A stretch of 64,000 bases of DNA from Octopus sinensis (taxonomy: Eukaryota), in assembly GCF_006345805.1 (NCBI RefSeq), contig NC_043000.1:30690001-30754000 (forward strand), in the 5' to 3' direction. This document shows positions 25,770-38,996 of this stretch, in pieces (the first letter of the stretch is position 1; every line of letters starts with the position of its first letter). The notes beneath the pieces are model-generated. The model made no database searches. It saw nothing but the letters and a program-made list of their open reading frames with translations, and was not told where the DNA came from. The translations under genes and the position numbers were made by a program.

Positions 25770-27289
25770 CTGCAAAGATAACTGGAAACTATTGAACGTT
25801 GGTCGTCGTCCATCGTTTATTATTCTTTCTCACTGAAACAATATGACCGACTGTGTTGAACTGAGTGAATTACTGATATTATTGCATTGAATCGAAGCTG
25901 AAAAACGAACTAGAAGTAAATATTCTAAATCGATGAGTTTGTGATGTCGGAAATGTATTATTGATGATTATTTCTAACATTCTGTTAGATTTATATTAAT
26001 ATGCCGGTGAACGGGGTCTTTTGAGCATGCGCAGATATCATGATCGAAGACGAAATTCTGGTGCAGACAAAGTAACACACTATATGTATGTGGAAAATAG
26101 AAGATAGAAACTGAATGAGAAATATTATGATATTATGTATGCGTGTAAGTGTCTATGTATGTATTATGTATGTATGTATGTATGTATGTTTATCTACGTG
26201 TATGTGTGATTGAATGAATGTGTGTATGTGTGTATTTGTTAAGAAGATATTGTTTAGCATAACATCAACTGCAGTCCTGTTGCTTTGGGAGACTGTTCAT
26301 TTGCCACGGCAGTTTGGGATTTCAAACCTATTTTAAAAATAGAACAAAACGCTGTCTATCGGTTACAAATCTGCTTTTTATAAATATAGATTTGTTTTTA
26401 TTGGAAAAACTTTTCCTCCAGAGTGTTTTATTTCTGATATTTCTTGCGGAATACTGCATTTATGCTCAACATTATTTGCTGTAATTTTCAGTAGATACGT
26501 CTTCTAGAAAACTTTTCGTGAGTCGCTGATTCATGATAGCAAAACTATCGATTATTGATTACAAAATTTAACTGTTCAAATCCCAGTCTTACGTTGCGTG
26601 TTTCATTCAACTCGTAAAGAAAATATGATTGTTGAATATATTTGATATATCACATAGCATCAGGAATACCTTGTTTAAAACCGGATTTTTGATTTCAACA
26701 ATGGCCTCCAAATTGCTAGTGTTTTATTGGGGAAGGCAAGATATTTTGGGGGGCTTTATGTGAAATGCAATCCGATTGGTTTGTTATCTGACTATTTTCT
26801 GTTGCTATGTAAATATCGTTGGTTAAAATTACGCATGGAGTGTGGACTCGAGAAAAGAGTTCTACTATCTGCGAATTACAGTACATGTTTTTACATTTAG
26901 TCCCCATTCAATGCAATGCCAATGTACAATAATATAAAGCCAGAAGTAAAATGTAGTTTAAAATCAAATCCGTAGGATTTGCAGTGAATATATTTCACCC
27001 TAGTCACAACACAGTAATTCATAATATGCGGAGACATCGAAGCACTTTCAGTCCACCGTCTAAACTATTTCTTTTTGCATACACCAATTGATTGTTCTGA
27101 AAGGTATAAAGGCTAGATTGCTAGTTTCTCTTTTTCGCACATCTTTGACATCTTTGTTCTCTATGTCTATGGAAAAGTAATCACTAACGTTAGCCCTCCA
27201 TTTCCCCACCTATTGTATTTTTAGCGAATTTCATTTTAGCCATGGCATTCATAAAGCTGGTTACCCGATTTCTATGGCGTATAAGTTAC

Positions 27290-27515
27290 AGAAATAACAA
27301 CAGTCCGCTGAACAGCATACCGAGGGTTGCCGAGTTGAAGGCTATCAATACTCGGGGCAGGGACGAGTCGATTGACCCTAGTATTTGATTGGCACTTTAT
27401 TTTAAAAGCAAAGTTGACCTCGGCTACATTTGAAAGCAGGACGTACAGACTCGAATGAAACGCCGCCAAGCATTATGACCCATGTACTAACGATTCTGTC
27501 AGTTAATCGTCTTTC
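27290..27515 (-). mobile_element. tRNA-derived SINE
   Basis: Reverse complement of the head (gacagaatcgttagtac...aatgctt) and body (ctttgcttt, gtcaatcgact). Confidence 0.65.
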
Positions 27516-27729
27516 TGTTCGTGTAGACATTACTTTAGCTGGGCCAATGAACAGATCGGGGATGGCGTGAATATCAAGACATTTTTTTCCGTATCTACAA
27601 TTATTGAAATTTAGTATTTAATCAAAATTAATCAATATTTACATATATATATATATATAAATATGCAAGATTATTAAAATTGTGAATTTCTCTTACATAA
27701 AAGGAACTTAAATTACTTGGTTAAAATCG

Positions 27730-27771
<42 letters not shown>

Positions 27772-28011
27772 ATAGATATACACATATATACATACAGATA
27801 TACATGTACATATATATATATATATATACAATATATACATATATCTATATATACATATATCTATATATATGTATATATATATGCATACATATATGTGTAT
27901 ATACATATATGTATAGATATATATACATATATATACATATATATGTATATATATACATATATATATGTATCTATATACATATATATATGTATATATATAT
28001 ATATATATATA

Positions 28012-28106
<95 letters not shown>

Positions 28107-28330
28107 ATATATATATACATACATACATGTATATATATATAGAGAGAGAGACTTAGCTATCTACATTGTGCGTTAATATTCTGTACCAAGCATTTAAATC
28201 TTAATCCTCAATTCTATTTGAGAATACCTCTTCGCTATCACATAGTCACTGTACTAAAGTATAGTAAGTGACATAGAAATATATAATTTATTTTCTAACT
28301 GATTTGGCAGAACGAAGTTTATTCAAATAC

Positions 28331-28441
28331 TGCGTTATAGTTAAGTAAGTCTCGCTGGTTCCTCCACCACGGAAGAATGGAATCCCTATCACATAAGAAA
28401 CCATATTGCAGTTCTGTTTTCTCTTTAATATACATACATTC
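28331..28441 (-). CDS. Candidate 111-nt exon, frame and gene assignment unresolved
   Basis: Acceptor ccgtctttacag, weak donor GCA|gtattt, open in two frames, non-repetitive sequence. Confidence 0.25.
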
Positions 28442-29639
28442 CTGTAAAGACGGCTTATTAAACTAGCGTAAGAATGGTAAATATTTGATTCCATGGAGAA
28501 TTTTGTCGTTAAGTATAGCTGTATGTTCCATAAATATTTTCTCTAATACTAAATGCTTAATACAAAGCAATCTCCAGTTAGCAATTATATACACCATTTT
28601 AATTTCCTATATATCATTTATCTTTCTTTTAATAAGGCGTATCCTTGCTTATAAAGCTACACTTTCTAAAGTTTGAGTTGTAGTATGCTTGAATTTAATA
28701 CTAGATATTTCTAAGATACGCGTTTAAAATATATTGTATATTGTTCGTCGATAAAAATAAAACAAACATAACTTGAGAAACTTATTTCTAAATCTATTCT
28801 TAATATAGGATTGCAGTAATGATGGGAAACCTTGTTTAGGGTAAGAGATGAACGTGATAAGAATGACCAAACATATTTTTTCTGAAATTGTTTCTGTTTA
28901 AATTAAATTTTCCAAAGTAACTCCTGCAGCTGAATTGGAAAGGATTTTTTTTGACTTGTTAAAATAAACATAAATATATCGTGAAAAACAAACAGTAACA
29001 ACGCAATGTGCCTATAATCCAGCTTACATATTCAACAAATAAGATTGATGCTTTGCTTTATATTGTTTTACAAATCGGAATCTCAACGACCGGGGCTAGA
29101 AAGATTTACATTTTTAGACATTTTAAGAAAATGCTTCTCTAAAATTTCAGTATAAAAATTAAAAAAATGGAGAAGGTTGCTAAATCCACCAAAGACCCAC
29201 ACCCACACATGCTTGCATACGCACATGGACATATATGCATAAAAACGTGTATATACATAGATATAGAAAAATAAGAAGATAGATAAATAAATGCATACAC
29301 AAAGACAAATGATTAATAAACACAATGGTCGTAGGTAGGTAGGTAGGTAGGTAGGTAGGTAGGTTGATATTTTTATGGATGCATGTACGTATACATGCAA
29401 ACATATATGTGTATATATCTTTTATATATTTCGATGTATAAGTCTGTTTTCTGAGCATGATTATAATCATTTGTACGCACGAGTGTGCTTGTGTATGAGT
29501 AAGAGTGAGATAGAGAGAGAGAGAAAAGAAAGAGAGGGAGACAAAGTGAGAGAGGGACATTGCGTGTCTGTGTTTATACGTTTCTGTCCACCAATCTATC
29601 TATCTATCCATCTATCTATCTATCTCTCGCTGTAAATAG

Positions 29640-31255
29640 ACGGTAGAAAAATCGGCTCCAAGTAAATTGGCTTTTTTGTATGGAAAAACGCTTTATTTGT
29701 CAAATATCTTTATGTGAAAGAGGTGTCTAAAACCATCTACTTCAACCCCAGCAAGCTTGCAACAGGAAATAACTCTATTTGGAGTTCATTTCCAAAACTT
29801 TAAAAAATCTTCTTCGGTTTCCTTGCTATATTTCAAATCGAAAATGGCTAAGCCAAACCATGAAACCGACTTTCCGCCTCTACCAATGTCAGAGGCGAAG
29901 AAGCTGAAACCAAACCCGTTCCGCTTGAATGCACATAGGCTTTAGAGAATACGCACAAAGAAGCGAATACATTTACTACTATAAACACTGCCTCCACCCC
30001 TACCGCCATACCACCACAATCAACGCGAATACTGAAAACAATTTTGCCGCAGCTTTAAAGCTAAAGAAATAAATTCATGTGCTTTTCCAAGGAAGAACTG
30101 CTTGCTTGTAAAGCAATGCTTAAAAAAGAGTTCAGCATACGACTACAGGCACCACAAAATATCACGGGAAAAATCGCAAAAAAAAAAAATTAGAAACAAG
30201 GCTACACGAAAGGTCCACTCAAGAAAATGTAGAAAACAGTTTAAGGCCCATATGGGCCTTTAAAGACTACATTACGAGGGGAACAGATTTGCCACGATCG
30301 AAGTGAGATTCGACAATGAAGATAGAGCCAAGGACCTCTCCACAAAGGCCTTCCAAGTTGAAAATTTACTGATGATCCCTACATAACTTGGTTGTAGGGT
30401 CACAAAAATAAAAATAAGGTATGTGCCTCAGGAAATAGAAATAAAGTGGTTCGTGTCTGCCATTTGTTATAACATCGAGGACGAAATCCATATCTTGGAA
30501 ATCGCTGTCCTGTTTCAGCAGAACTGGATTGGCCAACAAGTCGAAATCCTTGCTCAAATTGATTCGATGAATTTCGAAAAATTTCACATCGAATCCAATT
30601 GACAGAGGATTCGAGTTTGCATGTGGCCGTCGAATGTAGAAAGCCACGTTGCTACGTTTGTGTTAGCAAAGCACACTTACAAATTAATTGCCCACTGCAC
30701 AGAAACAATAACAACAGCAACAACAACGAGAACAACAAGATCACGAAAAACAACAACCACAAAAAATACAAAAACCGAGTAAAAAAGCAGCACTGCTACC
30801 TACACCGCCATATGCAGAACTAATTAAACAGCTCTAAAAGTAAATGAAATCAGCAACCAACAAGGCAGCCCAAACAAATAATACCACCACCAGCGTCACC
30901 AACAACAGAAACATTACCATCAACAACTTCAAAGGAGGAAGGGAAAACCAAAAGGACTCATACCCCCACCCATAAAAAAAACCCAACTGTCACCAACCAG
31001 CACCAACACCAACAACAAAGTCAACACACTCAGAAATAGACCCCAATATCCATCTGACTCCTCCGACATGTCTTCAGACGAAGACAACATAGAGGATTGT
31101 CAAAGTGGACACAGAGACCGAGGTTAGGCGAATGGCACCGCGAGTGTCGCATTGCTCTGAAACAACTCTGGTGCTACGTGTTCGGTATCGGTTCGTTTCG
31201 AGTACTTTTCTACTTGGAGCTGAAAAGACTGCTGTCATACCTTAATGTAACATAA
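29640..31255 (+). mobile_element. Degenerate L1/Tx1-like ORF1 (gag-like) element lacking ORF2
   Basis: ATG at 29844; RRM-like segment (ATIEVRFDNEDRAK...KIKIRYVPQE); CCHC knuckle CYVCVSKAHLQINC at 30650-30691; low-complexity tail and a short GC-richer 3' end. Confidence 0.65.
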
Positions 31256-31669
31256 CATGCGTTCGGTGAGTCGTAAACATGTAGTAGCTATTCCATTCCC
31301 TTCAACTACTGACTTATCATATAATTAGCAATTGTAGTTACAGTAGTGTATAATGATGATTATATTAATCGAAATTTCTTTCTAATTCGATGTGAGACAA
31401 AGTATATTGGATACATTGATTAATACATTTTATTGATTATTCTGTCTTTTTTTATCTACGTTTGTAATGCATGAAGCTATCCAACTGTTTATTCCACAAC
31501 CATATTTATTGTTATTATCAATGTCATTATTAATATTATTATTATTATTATTATATTATTATTATTATTATTATATTATTATTATTATTATTATTCATAA
31601 ACACGCAACAGATTAGACTGTTGGAAAAGAAAAATTCCTAACACACAAACACAACACAAACACACACAT

Positions 31670-31742
<73 letters not shown>

Positions 31743-32520
31743 CATATATGCAAAAATATATTCCGTCACTTGTGTCCTGATATGAAATTTGTGGATTTTA
31801 TTTGGTATCCATTGTCATATGATCAGAATATAGATCACCTGATGTTTTTTTCAGGCGAGCAGTGAATACAAATATTTAAAAATAATCGCATTCATTTAAT
31901 CTATCCACTCGTAAAAGGGATTTTAGCTTCGTGAGAAACAAAAATACGAAGATTATCATATCTGTGGCTTTACTGCCGTGATAGGTCGTTTGTGGAATTG
32001 ATAGGATATTTTCTGAAAGCCGGTAAATGTCATTAGACACACAGAACTTCGATATATTCGATTTGAAAAGGAGAATCTCCACTTAATTCAAGAAATTGGA
32101 TATTACCACTGACAGAAAATACAATAGGCTGTCAAGAGCAACAATACATAATCTCAAAACGAATGGGGAAGAAAAAAGTAAGAGCTACATCAAGTGATGT
32201 GTGAAAAATATATGGATGATCAACAGAAAAGAAAACAGATGAGAATGTTGATTTCTTTCATGGAGAGATGTAATAGAGTACCTATACGTGGTATATGTTG
32301 AAAATTGTAAGTTTATGTTCTTGTAAGGCGGTCATAAAATATGGTAATATACATGACAGACATATTGTCCCGAAAACACGTAGAAAGATAACAATGATTC
32401 TAGGTTTTCATTGAAAGATATTTGTGTTGTAATAACTGTTTGTGGGAAAGGCCAGAGGGCTGCTAGAAGCATCAGCATGTCAGACAGGGTGCTTAACACC
32501 ATTCCTTCTGGCGCTTTACG

Positions 32521-32750
32521 CTCTGAGCTGGCAGAAACTTTAGCATGCGGGGCGAAATGCTTAGCGGTATTTCGTCTGTCTTTATGTTCTGAGTTCAAAT
32601 TCCGCCGAAGTCGACTTTGCCTTTCATCCTCTCGGTGTCAATAAATTAAGTACCAGTTACGCACTGTGGTCGATGTAATCGACTTAATCCCTTTGTCTGT
32701 CCTTGTTTGTCTCCCCTATGTTTGACCCCTTGTGGTCAATAAAGAAATAA
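32521..32750 (+). mobile_element. tRNA-derived SINE, best-preserved copy in the window
   Basis: gagctggcagaa A-box-like and gagttcaaattcc B-box-like motifs, followed by the family body. Confidence 0.85.
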
Positions 32751-33618
32751 GATACCGCCGAAGTCACTTTTATGTTCCTTCCTTTTTGTGAATAACGAAA
32801 TGAAATACCGTTTAAGCACTTACAACATTCACCCTCTGAAATTGCTAACGTTTATATCTATATGAACAGAGTGGAACTATACAAGCCTGCTTTGCTGTTG
32901 TACATTCTGTTGTACAGATCAGTGACTGGTTATCATACAATAATTTATTGCATAGTAGTGTCTGTCTAACTATACTATGCCGAACAATATCGAATCCAGT
33001 GGAAACATGGTAAAGCAATCAGAATGCTTCTAAATGATGCAACGAATTTGAACGTGAGTTCTGTTGGATCAATTTTGCTTTATTGAATAACTGCTGTTGA
33101 ACAGGAAATGGTGATATAGCGGTTAGCATACTAATGTTAGTGAGCCGAGTTCATTGCATTTTGTTGCCATGTGGTGTGTGTTTCTAGATATTATGTCCGT
33201 GTATTTATTTTAAAACTTATCACACCACTCATTGCATATTCATTTAATTATTTTGTGACTCGCAAATCATCTTCATTTACTAAAACTGGCAGCGAAAACA
33301 CAAACACTTCGCCTAGGAGGCCTTAATAAAGCCGAAACACTTACGTTTGTCAGCCTACAGCGAAGACATAAGACTCAGTCCTATATCATGTTTTTAAAAC
33401 GTTATGTATTCAAATATATTGTTAATGAATGTATCACCATGATCCTCTCCGCCTGTTAAGACCAAATCTGACCATAACAGTCGTAAGCTTAATAAAGAAT
33501 TATAACAACACATTCCACTATATACGTTAAAACTTATATTCTCATTAGTTTTTTTTTTTTACGGAGCATATATTTGTATGTTTCACTGTAAGTTACTGAA
33601 TAACATCGTATATTCTGC

Positions 33619-33815
33619 ATGAGAAATAGTTCAGGGTATAACTTATCGTATATGCGGTATGAGAACTAATTCAGGGTATAACTTGTATATTTTGTATGAG
33701 AAATAGTTCAGGATACAACTTATCGTATATGCGGTATGAGAAATAGTTCAGGGTATAACTTATCGTATATTCTGAATAAGAAATAGTTCAGGGTATGACT
33801 TCGTATTCATGTATA
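33619..33815. repeat. Minisatellite, ~40-bp unit x5
   Basis: Unit atgagaaatagttcagggtataacttatcgtatatgcggt with variants. Confidence 0.9.
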
Positions 33816-34409
33816 AAAACTGCATTTAAATTGTTGCATCTCGTTTTTGCAACCGAAAGAAACGTGATTATATTCTACATCTCCGATCAGTTCAGATTTC
33901 TTAACTTGAAAATGACTCTTCTATAGCCATATATTAAGGTGGCTTATGATATTTTCTTCATACCTACATTATTGATATTGTTATTATTTTTGTTGTCCTC
34001 TAATATTTATAAGAATAAAATAATTTCATATACAGCATTCTATTGGAGAGTCCTATATTTACTCGATCTATGACTTTGATACTTGGCATTATGACTATAA
34101 TAAATTACTTTTACGTTGATATATTTTGAACTTTGGTCTTTCCAATAGGAAGTAGTTAATGCATATAGCTTGTACCATTGACATAAATTCATTCTCATTA
34201 AAGCCATTGTGTTGCACAAAGTGAATTTTAGGACAGTTCAGAAATTTCTGCCTTCATTTATTTTCTATTCATCTAAGATGGAGTTGAAGTGATTTTGTTT
34301 TTCTGATTCGTTTAACGTTTAGTTACATAGTCACATGTACTATTGCAATAGAAATTTTCCAATCTATTATGCGCGATATGTAGATATATACAGATTATTA
34401 TATATGTGA

Positions 34410-34465
<56 letters not shown>

Positions 34466-34697
34466 ATGCTTTTTAGATATATATCTCTATTTACACACAC
34501 TTATATGAACATACATATAAACAAATATGTTTGATATGGCATACATACAGGTAAATATATATAGAAATATGAATTTATGTATATATTTATGTGTGTGTGT
34601 GTGTGTGTGTTCGTGTGAATATGTATATATGCATTAATATATATAATATATATATACTCGTGTAAATATATATATGTATTAAAATTTATATTTATAT

Positions 34698-34767
<70 letters not shown>

Positions 34768-35030
34768 TGCATATGTGAGTGTGTATGTGTATACATATGT
34801 TAATGATATTTTACGTAATGTTGAATTCAAAACTATACAATTATTATAGAGAAATTATTAATATATTGCATGAAGAAATATTTAAAAGTAATATTCCTGT
34901 TATGGCATCTCTCTCTCTCTCTCTCTCTTCCTCTATCTATCTATCTATCTATTTATCCATCTATCTATCTATCTACCTATCTATCTATCTGTCTGTCTAT
35001 CTATCTATCTATCTATTTATCTCTCTCTCT

Positions 35031-35096
<66 letters not shown>

Positions 35097-35098
35097 AC

Positions 35099-35173
<75 letters not shown>

Positions 35174-35181
35174 GTATATAC

Positions 35182-35269
<88 letters not shown>

Positions 35270-35270
<1 letters not shown>

Positions 35271-35465
35271 CAGAGGCGGGAGTTGAAAAGGTCCTGGATT
35301 TGGGTTTCGAATTCACACATTGCACCAGTCCTTCACTTTTTCTAAACCCTGTAAAATGAACTCGGAAGTTTGGGCCTCCAATCAGGTTTCTAGCAACAAT
35401 CATTTACGAATCGGAGTGAAATATCGGTCCCTTGAGATATTTCTTTAGCTGTGGAAATACGTGGT
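35270..35465. mobile_element. Mariner-type terminal fragment
   Basis: gaggcgggagttgaaaaggtcc resembles mariner TIR starts (acgagggg...gaaaagttc) and follows a TA tract. Confidence 0.4.
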
Positions 35466-35627
35466 AATCGGGGAGGTGGGGAAGGCAGGAGGATAAGTTG
35501 AGCGGTCTGCTAGTTCGAAGCCTAAATCGCGTAGTTTCCTTAGAGTTGCATGTGCTGTGTGTGCTGGTGCATTGTCTTGGTTATGTTGGCAGCTCGGCTC
35601 AGCTTTTATATCTATCTATCTATCTGC

Positions 35628-35681
<54 letters not shown>

Positions 35682-35702
35682 ATATATATATATGTATGTA
35701 TG

Positions 35703-35742
<40 letters not shown>

Positions 35743-36143
35743 CATATATATATATATATTTTTTGGCTGCTATTTCTAATGAGTTCAGTATGCGACAAAG
35801 TATTTATTTTTACTAAGCCCTTTTATATAATGTAATATTTGAATTCGCCTTAAATGGTCCCTTTGCATACTGAATACTTGGTGAAATTGATTATTAATTA
35901 ATTTTACCCTCAATTGTTGAATTATAATTCATCTCTCTCTATATAATGCCTTGGATTTTACCGAAAAAAGCATAGTGTTTACTGATTTTAACCCACGCTG
36001 GTGGAAAGGGGAGAGCAGAAATTCTTCGCTTGCATTTTTGAGTTTGTTGGCACTGTTAGTGTCGAGTAGATCTTCAGAAGCGAGAAGAAGCCGAAAGGGT
36101 ATGCTCCCACTTTCAGTGTTTTCAAATCCAAACCAGGGAGTTC

Positions 36144-36195
36144 TGAGCTGATGATAGAATGTCGAGTTTGACTAATCTTGAAACGTACGTTTCCA
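36144..36195 (+). ncRNA. Array HHR 1 (3' strand of stem I altered to TCCA)
   Basis: TGAG CTGATGA...GAA ACGTACGT T TCCA. Confidence 0.6.
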
Positions 36196-36696
36196 AATAA
36201 CCTTTGCATTTGATTTTTTAATGTCTCTACCCCACATCTTCCGTGAGTTGAATTGAGCAAACACTATATGAGAGAGGTTTTCTTTAAGTATTAGAAATAG
36301 TTTTAGAAAAGTTTTTTTTGGCTGCTATTTCTAATGAGTTCAGTATGCGGCAAAGTAATTTATTTTACTAAGCCCTTTTATATAATGTAATAATTTGAAT
36401 TCGCCTAAATGGTCCCTTTGCTTACTGAATACTTGGTGAAATTGATTAATTAATTAATTTTACCCTCAATGTTGAAATTATAATTCATCTCTCTATATAT
36501 AATGCCTTGGATTTTACCGAAAAAAGCATAGTGTTTACTGATTTTACCCACGCTGGTGGAAAGGGGAGAGCAGAAATTCTTCGCTTGCATTTTTGAGTTT
36601 GTTGGCACTGTTAGTGTCGAGTAGATCTTCAGAAGCGAGAAGAAGCCGAAAGGTATGCTCCCACTTTCAGTGTTTTCAAATCCAAACCAGGAGTTC

Positions 36697-36749
36697 TGAG
36701 CTGATGATAGAAATGTCGAGTTTGACTAATCTTGAAACGTACGTTCTCA
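36697..36749 (+). ncRNA. Array HHR 2
   Basis: TGAG CTGATGA tAGAaatGTCgagtttGACtaaTCTt GAA ACGTACGT T CTCA; predicted cleavage after 36745. Confidence 0.8.
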
Positions 36750-37254
36750 ATAACCTTTGCATTTGATTTTTTAATGTCTCTACCCCCATACTTCCGTGAG
36801 TTGAATTGAGCAAACACTATATGAGAGAGGTTTTCTTTAAGTATTAGAAATAGTTTTAGAAAAGTTTTTTTTGGCTGCTATTTCTAATGAGTTCAGTATG
36901 CGGCAAAGTAATTTATTTTACTAAGCCCTTTTATATAATGTAATAATTTGAATTCGCCTTAAATGGTCCCTTTGCTTACTGAATACTTGGTGAAATTGAT
37001 TAATTAATTAATTTTACCCTCAATTGTTGAAATTATAATTCATCTCTCTCTATATAATGCCTTGGATTTTACCGAAAAAAGCATAGTGTTTACTGATTTT
37101 AACCCACGCTGGTGGAAAGGGGAGAGCAGAAATTCTTCGCTTGCATTTTTGAGTTTGTTGGCACTGTTAGTGTCGAGTAGATCTTCAGAAGCGAGAAGAA
37201 GCCGAAAGGGTATGCTCCCACTTTCAGTGTTTTCAAATCCAAACCAGGGAGTTC

Positions 37255-37307
37255 TGAGCTGATGATAGAAATGTCGAGTTTGACTAATCTTGAAACGTAC
37301 GTTCTCA
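37255..37307 (+). ncRNA. Array HHR 3
   Basis: Identical motif; predicted cleavage after 37303. Confidence 0.8.
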
Positions 37308-37811
37308 AATAACCTTTGCTTTGATTTTTTAATGTCTCTACCCCCATACTTCCGTGAGTTGAATTGAGCAAACACTATATGAGAGAGGTTTTCTTTAAGT
37401 ATTAGAAATAGTTTTAGAAAAGTTTTTTTTGGCTGCTATTTCTAATGAGTTCAGTATGCGGCAAAGTAATTTATTTTACTAAGCCCTTTTATATAATGTA
37501 ATAATTTGAATTCGCCTTAAATGGTCCTTTGCTACTGAATACTTGGTGAAATTGATTAATAATTAATTTTACCCTCAATTGTTGAAATTATAATTCATCT
37601 CTCTCTCTATATAATGCCTTGGATTTTACCGAAAAAAGCATAGTGTTTACTGATTTTAACCCACGCTGGTGGAAAGGGGAGAGCAGAAATTCTTCGCTTG
37701 CATTTTTGAGTTTGTTGGCACTGTTAGTGTCGAGTAGATCTTCAGAAGCGAGAAGAAGCCGAAAGGGTATGCTCCCACTTTCAGTGTTTTCAAATCCAAA
37801 CCAGGGAGTTC

Positions 37812-37864
37812 TGAGCTGATGATAGAAATGTCGAGTTTGACTAATCTTGAAACGTACGTTCTCA
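37812..37864 (+). ncRNA. Array HHR 4
   Basis: Identical motif; predicted cleavage after 37860. Confidence 0.8.
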
Positions 37865-38377
37865 AATAACCTTTGCATTTGATTTTTTATGTCTCAATGT
37901 CTCTACCCCCATACTTCCGTGAGTTGAATTGAGCAAACACTATATGAGAGAGGTTTTCTTTAAGTATTAGAAATAGTTTTAGAAAAGTTTTTTTTGGCTG
38001 CTATTTCTAATGAGTTCAGTATGCGGCAAAGTAATTTATTTTACTAAGCCCTTTTATATAATGTAATAATTTGAATTCGCCTTAAATGGTCCCTTTGCAT
38101 ACTGAATACTTGGTGAAATTAATTAATTAATTATTTTACCCTCAATTGTTGAAATATAATTCATCTCTCTCTAATATAATGCCTTGGATTTTACCGAAAA
38201 AAGCATAGTTGTTTACTGATTTTAACCCACGCTGGTGGAAAGGGGAGAGCAGAAATTCTTCGCTTGCATTTCTGAGTTTGTTGGCACTGTTAGTGTCGTG
38301 TAGATCTTCAGAAGCGAGAAGAAGCCGAAAGGGTATGCTCCCACTTTCAGTGTTTTCAAATCCAAACCAGGGAGTTC

Positions 38378-38430
38378 TGAGCTGATGATAGAAATGTCGA
38401 GTTTGACTAATCTTGAAACGTACGTTCTCA
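38378..38430 (+). ncRNA. Array HHR 5
   Basis: Identical motif; predicted cleavage after 38426. Confidence 0.8.
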
Positions 38431-38634
38431 AATAACCTTTGCATTTGATTTTTTAATGTCTCTACCCCCATACTTCCGTGAGTTGAATTGAGCAAACACA
38501 TATGAGAGAGGTTTTCTTTAAGTATTAGAAATAGTTTTAGAAAAGTTTTTTTGGCTGCTATTTCTAATATATATTTCTAATATATATTTATATATTTCTA
38601 ATATATATATATATAGTATATATATATATATATA

Positions 38635-38671
<37 letters not shown>

Positions 38672-38810
38672 GAATACAAAGCAAATATGTACAAGGATAT
38701 CCAGGTATCATTGCATTTAATACCTGGACATCCTTATTACTTTGCTTTATATATATATATATATATATTTAAAAAAATGAGATGTCGAACACGAGTGGTG
38801 ATAATAATAA

Positions 38811-38956
38811 AAAGGAAATGAAGAAAATGCTGACAATAATTGAAGTAATTTAAGTAATTTAATTAGGTGAAAGTTCTTTTTAACCGGTAAAAGAACTTTC
38901 ACCTAATTAAATTACTTAAATTACTTCAATTATTTGTCAGCATTTTCTTCATTTCC

Positions 38957-38959
<3 letters not shown>
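38811..38959. repeat. Near-perfect ~150-bp fold-back palindrome centred on ACCGGT
   Basis: aaaggaaatg...gttctttttA-ACCGGT-aaaagaac...catttccttt. Confidence 0.9.

Positions 38960-38996
<37 letters not shown>

Larger units (their letters stand above)
35761..38568 (+). repeat. Tandem array of five ~557-bp units, each with one type I hammerhead (retrozyme/HHR-satellite-like)
   Basis: ggctgctatttctaat recurs at 35765, 36320, 36873, 37431, 37996 and 38553 (periods 555/553/558/565/557). Units are nearly identical and the array is flanked by TA tracts. Confidence 0.95.

Noticed and set aside
28331-28441. Resemblance of VSYVIGIPFFR...TYL to a glycosyltransferase first strand (MGAT4-like)
   Set aside because: Only a few residues match, the frame is ambiguous, and the rest of the domain is not found; it needs HHpred.
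32521-32610. tRNA gene
   Set aside because: A/B-box-like motifs only, with no cloverleaf. It continues into the SINE body and has many degenerate copies.
33619-33815. CRISPR-like appearance of short regular repeats
   Set aside because: Units are directly adjacent with no unique spacers, there are no cas genes, and the context is eukaryotic.
35951-38501. Recurrent ORFs inside the array (MDFTEKS..., MQRLFENV..., MRTYVSRL...)
   Set aside because: Short, overlapping on both strands, broken by indels between units, with no recognisable domain. The RNA motif explains the conservation better.
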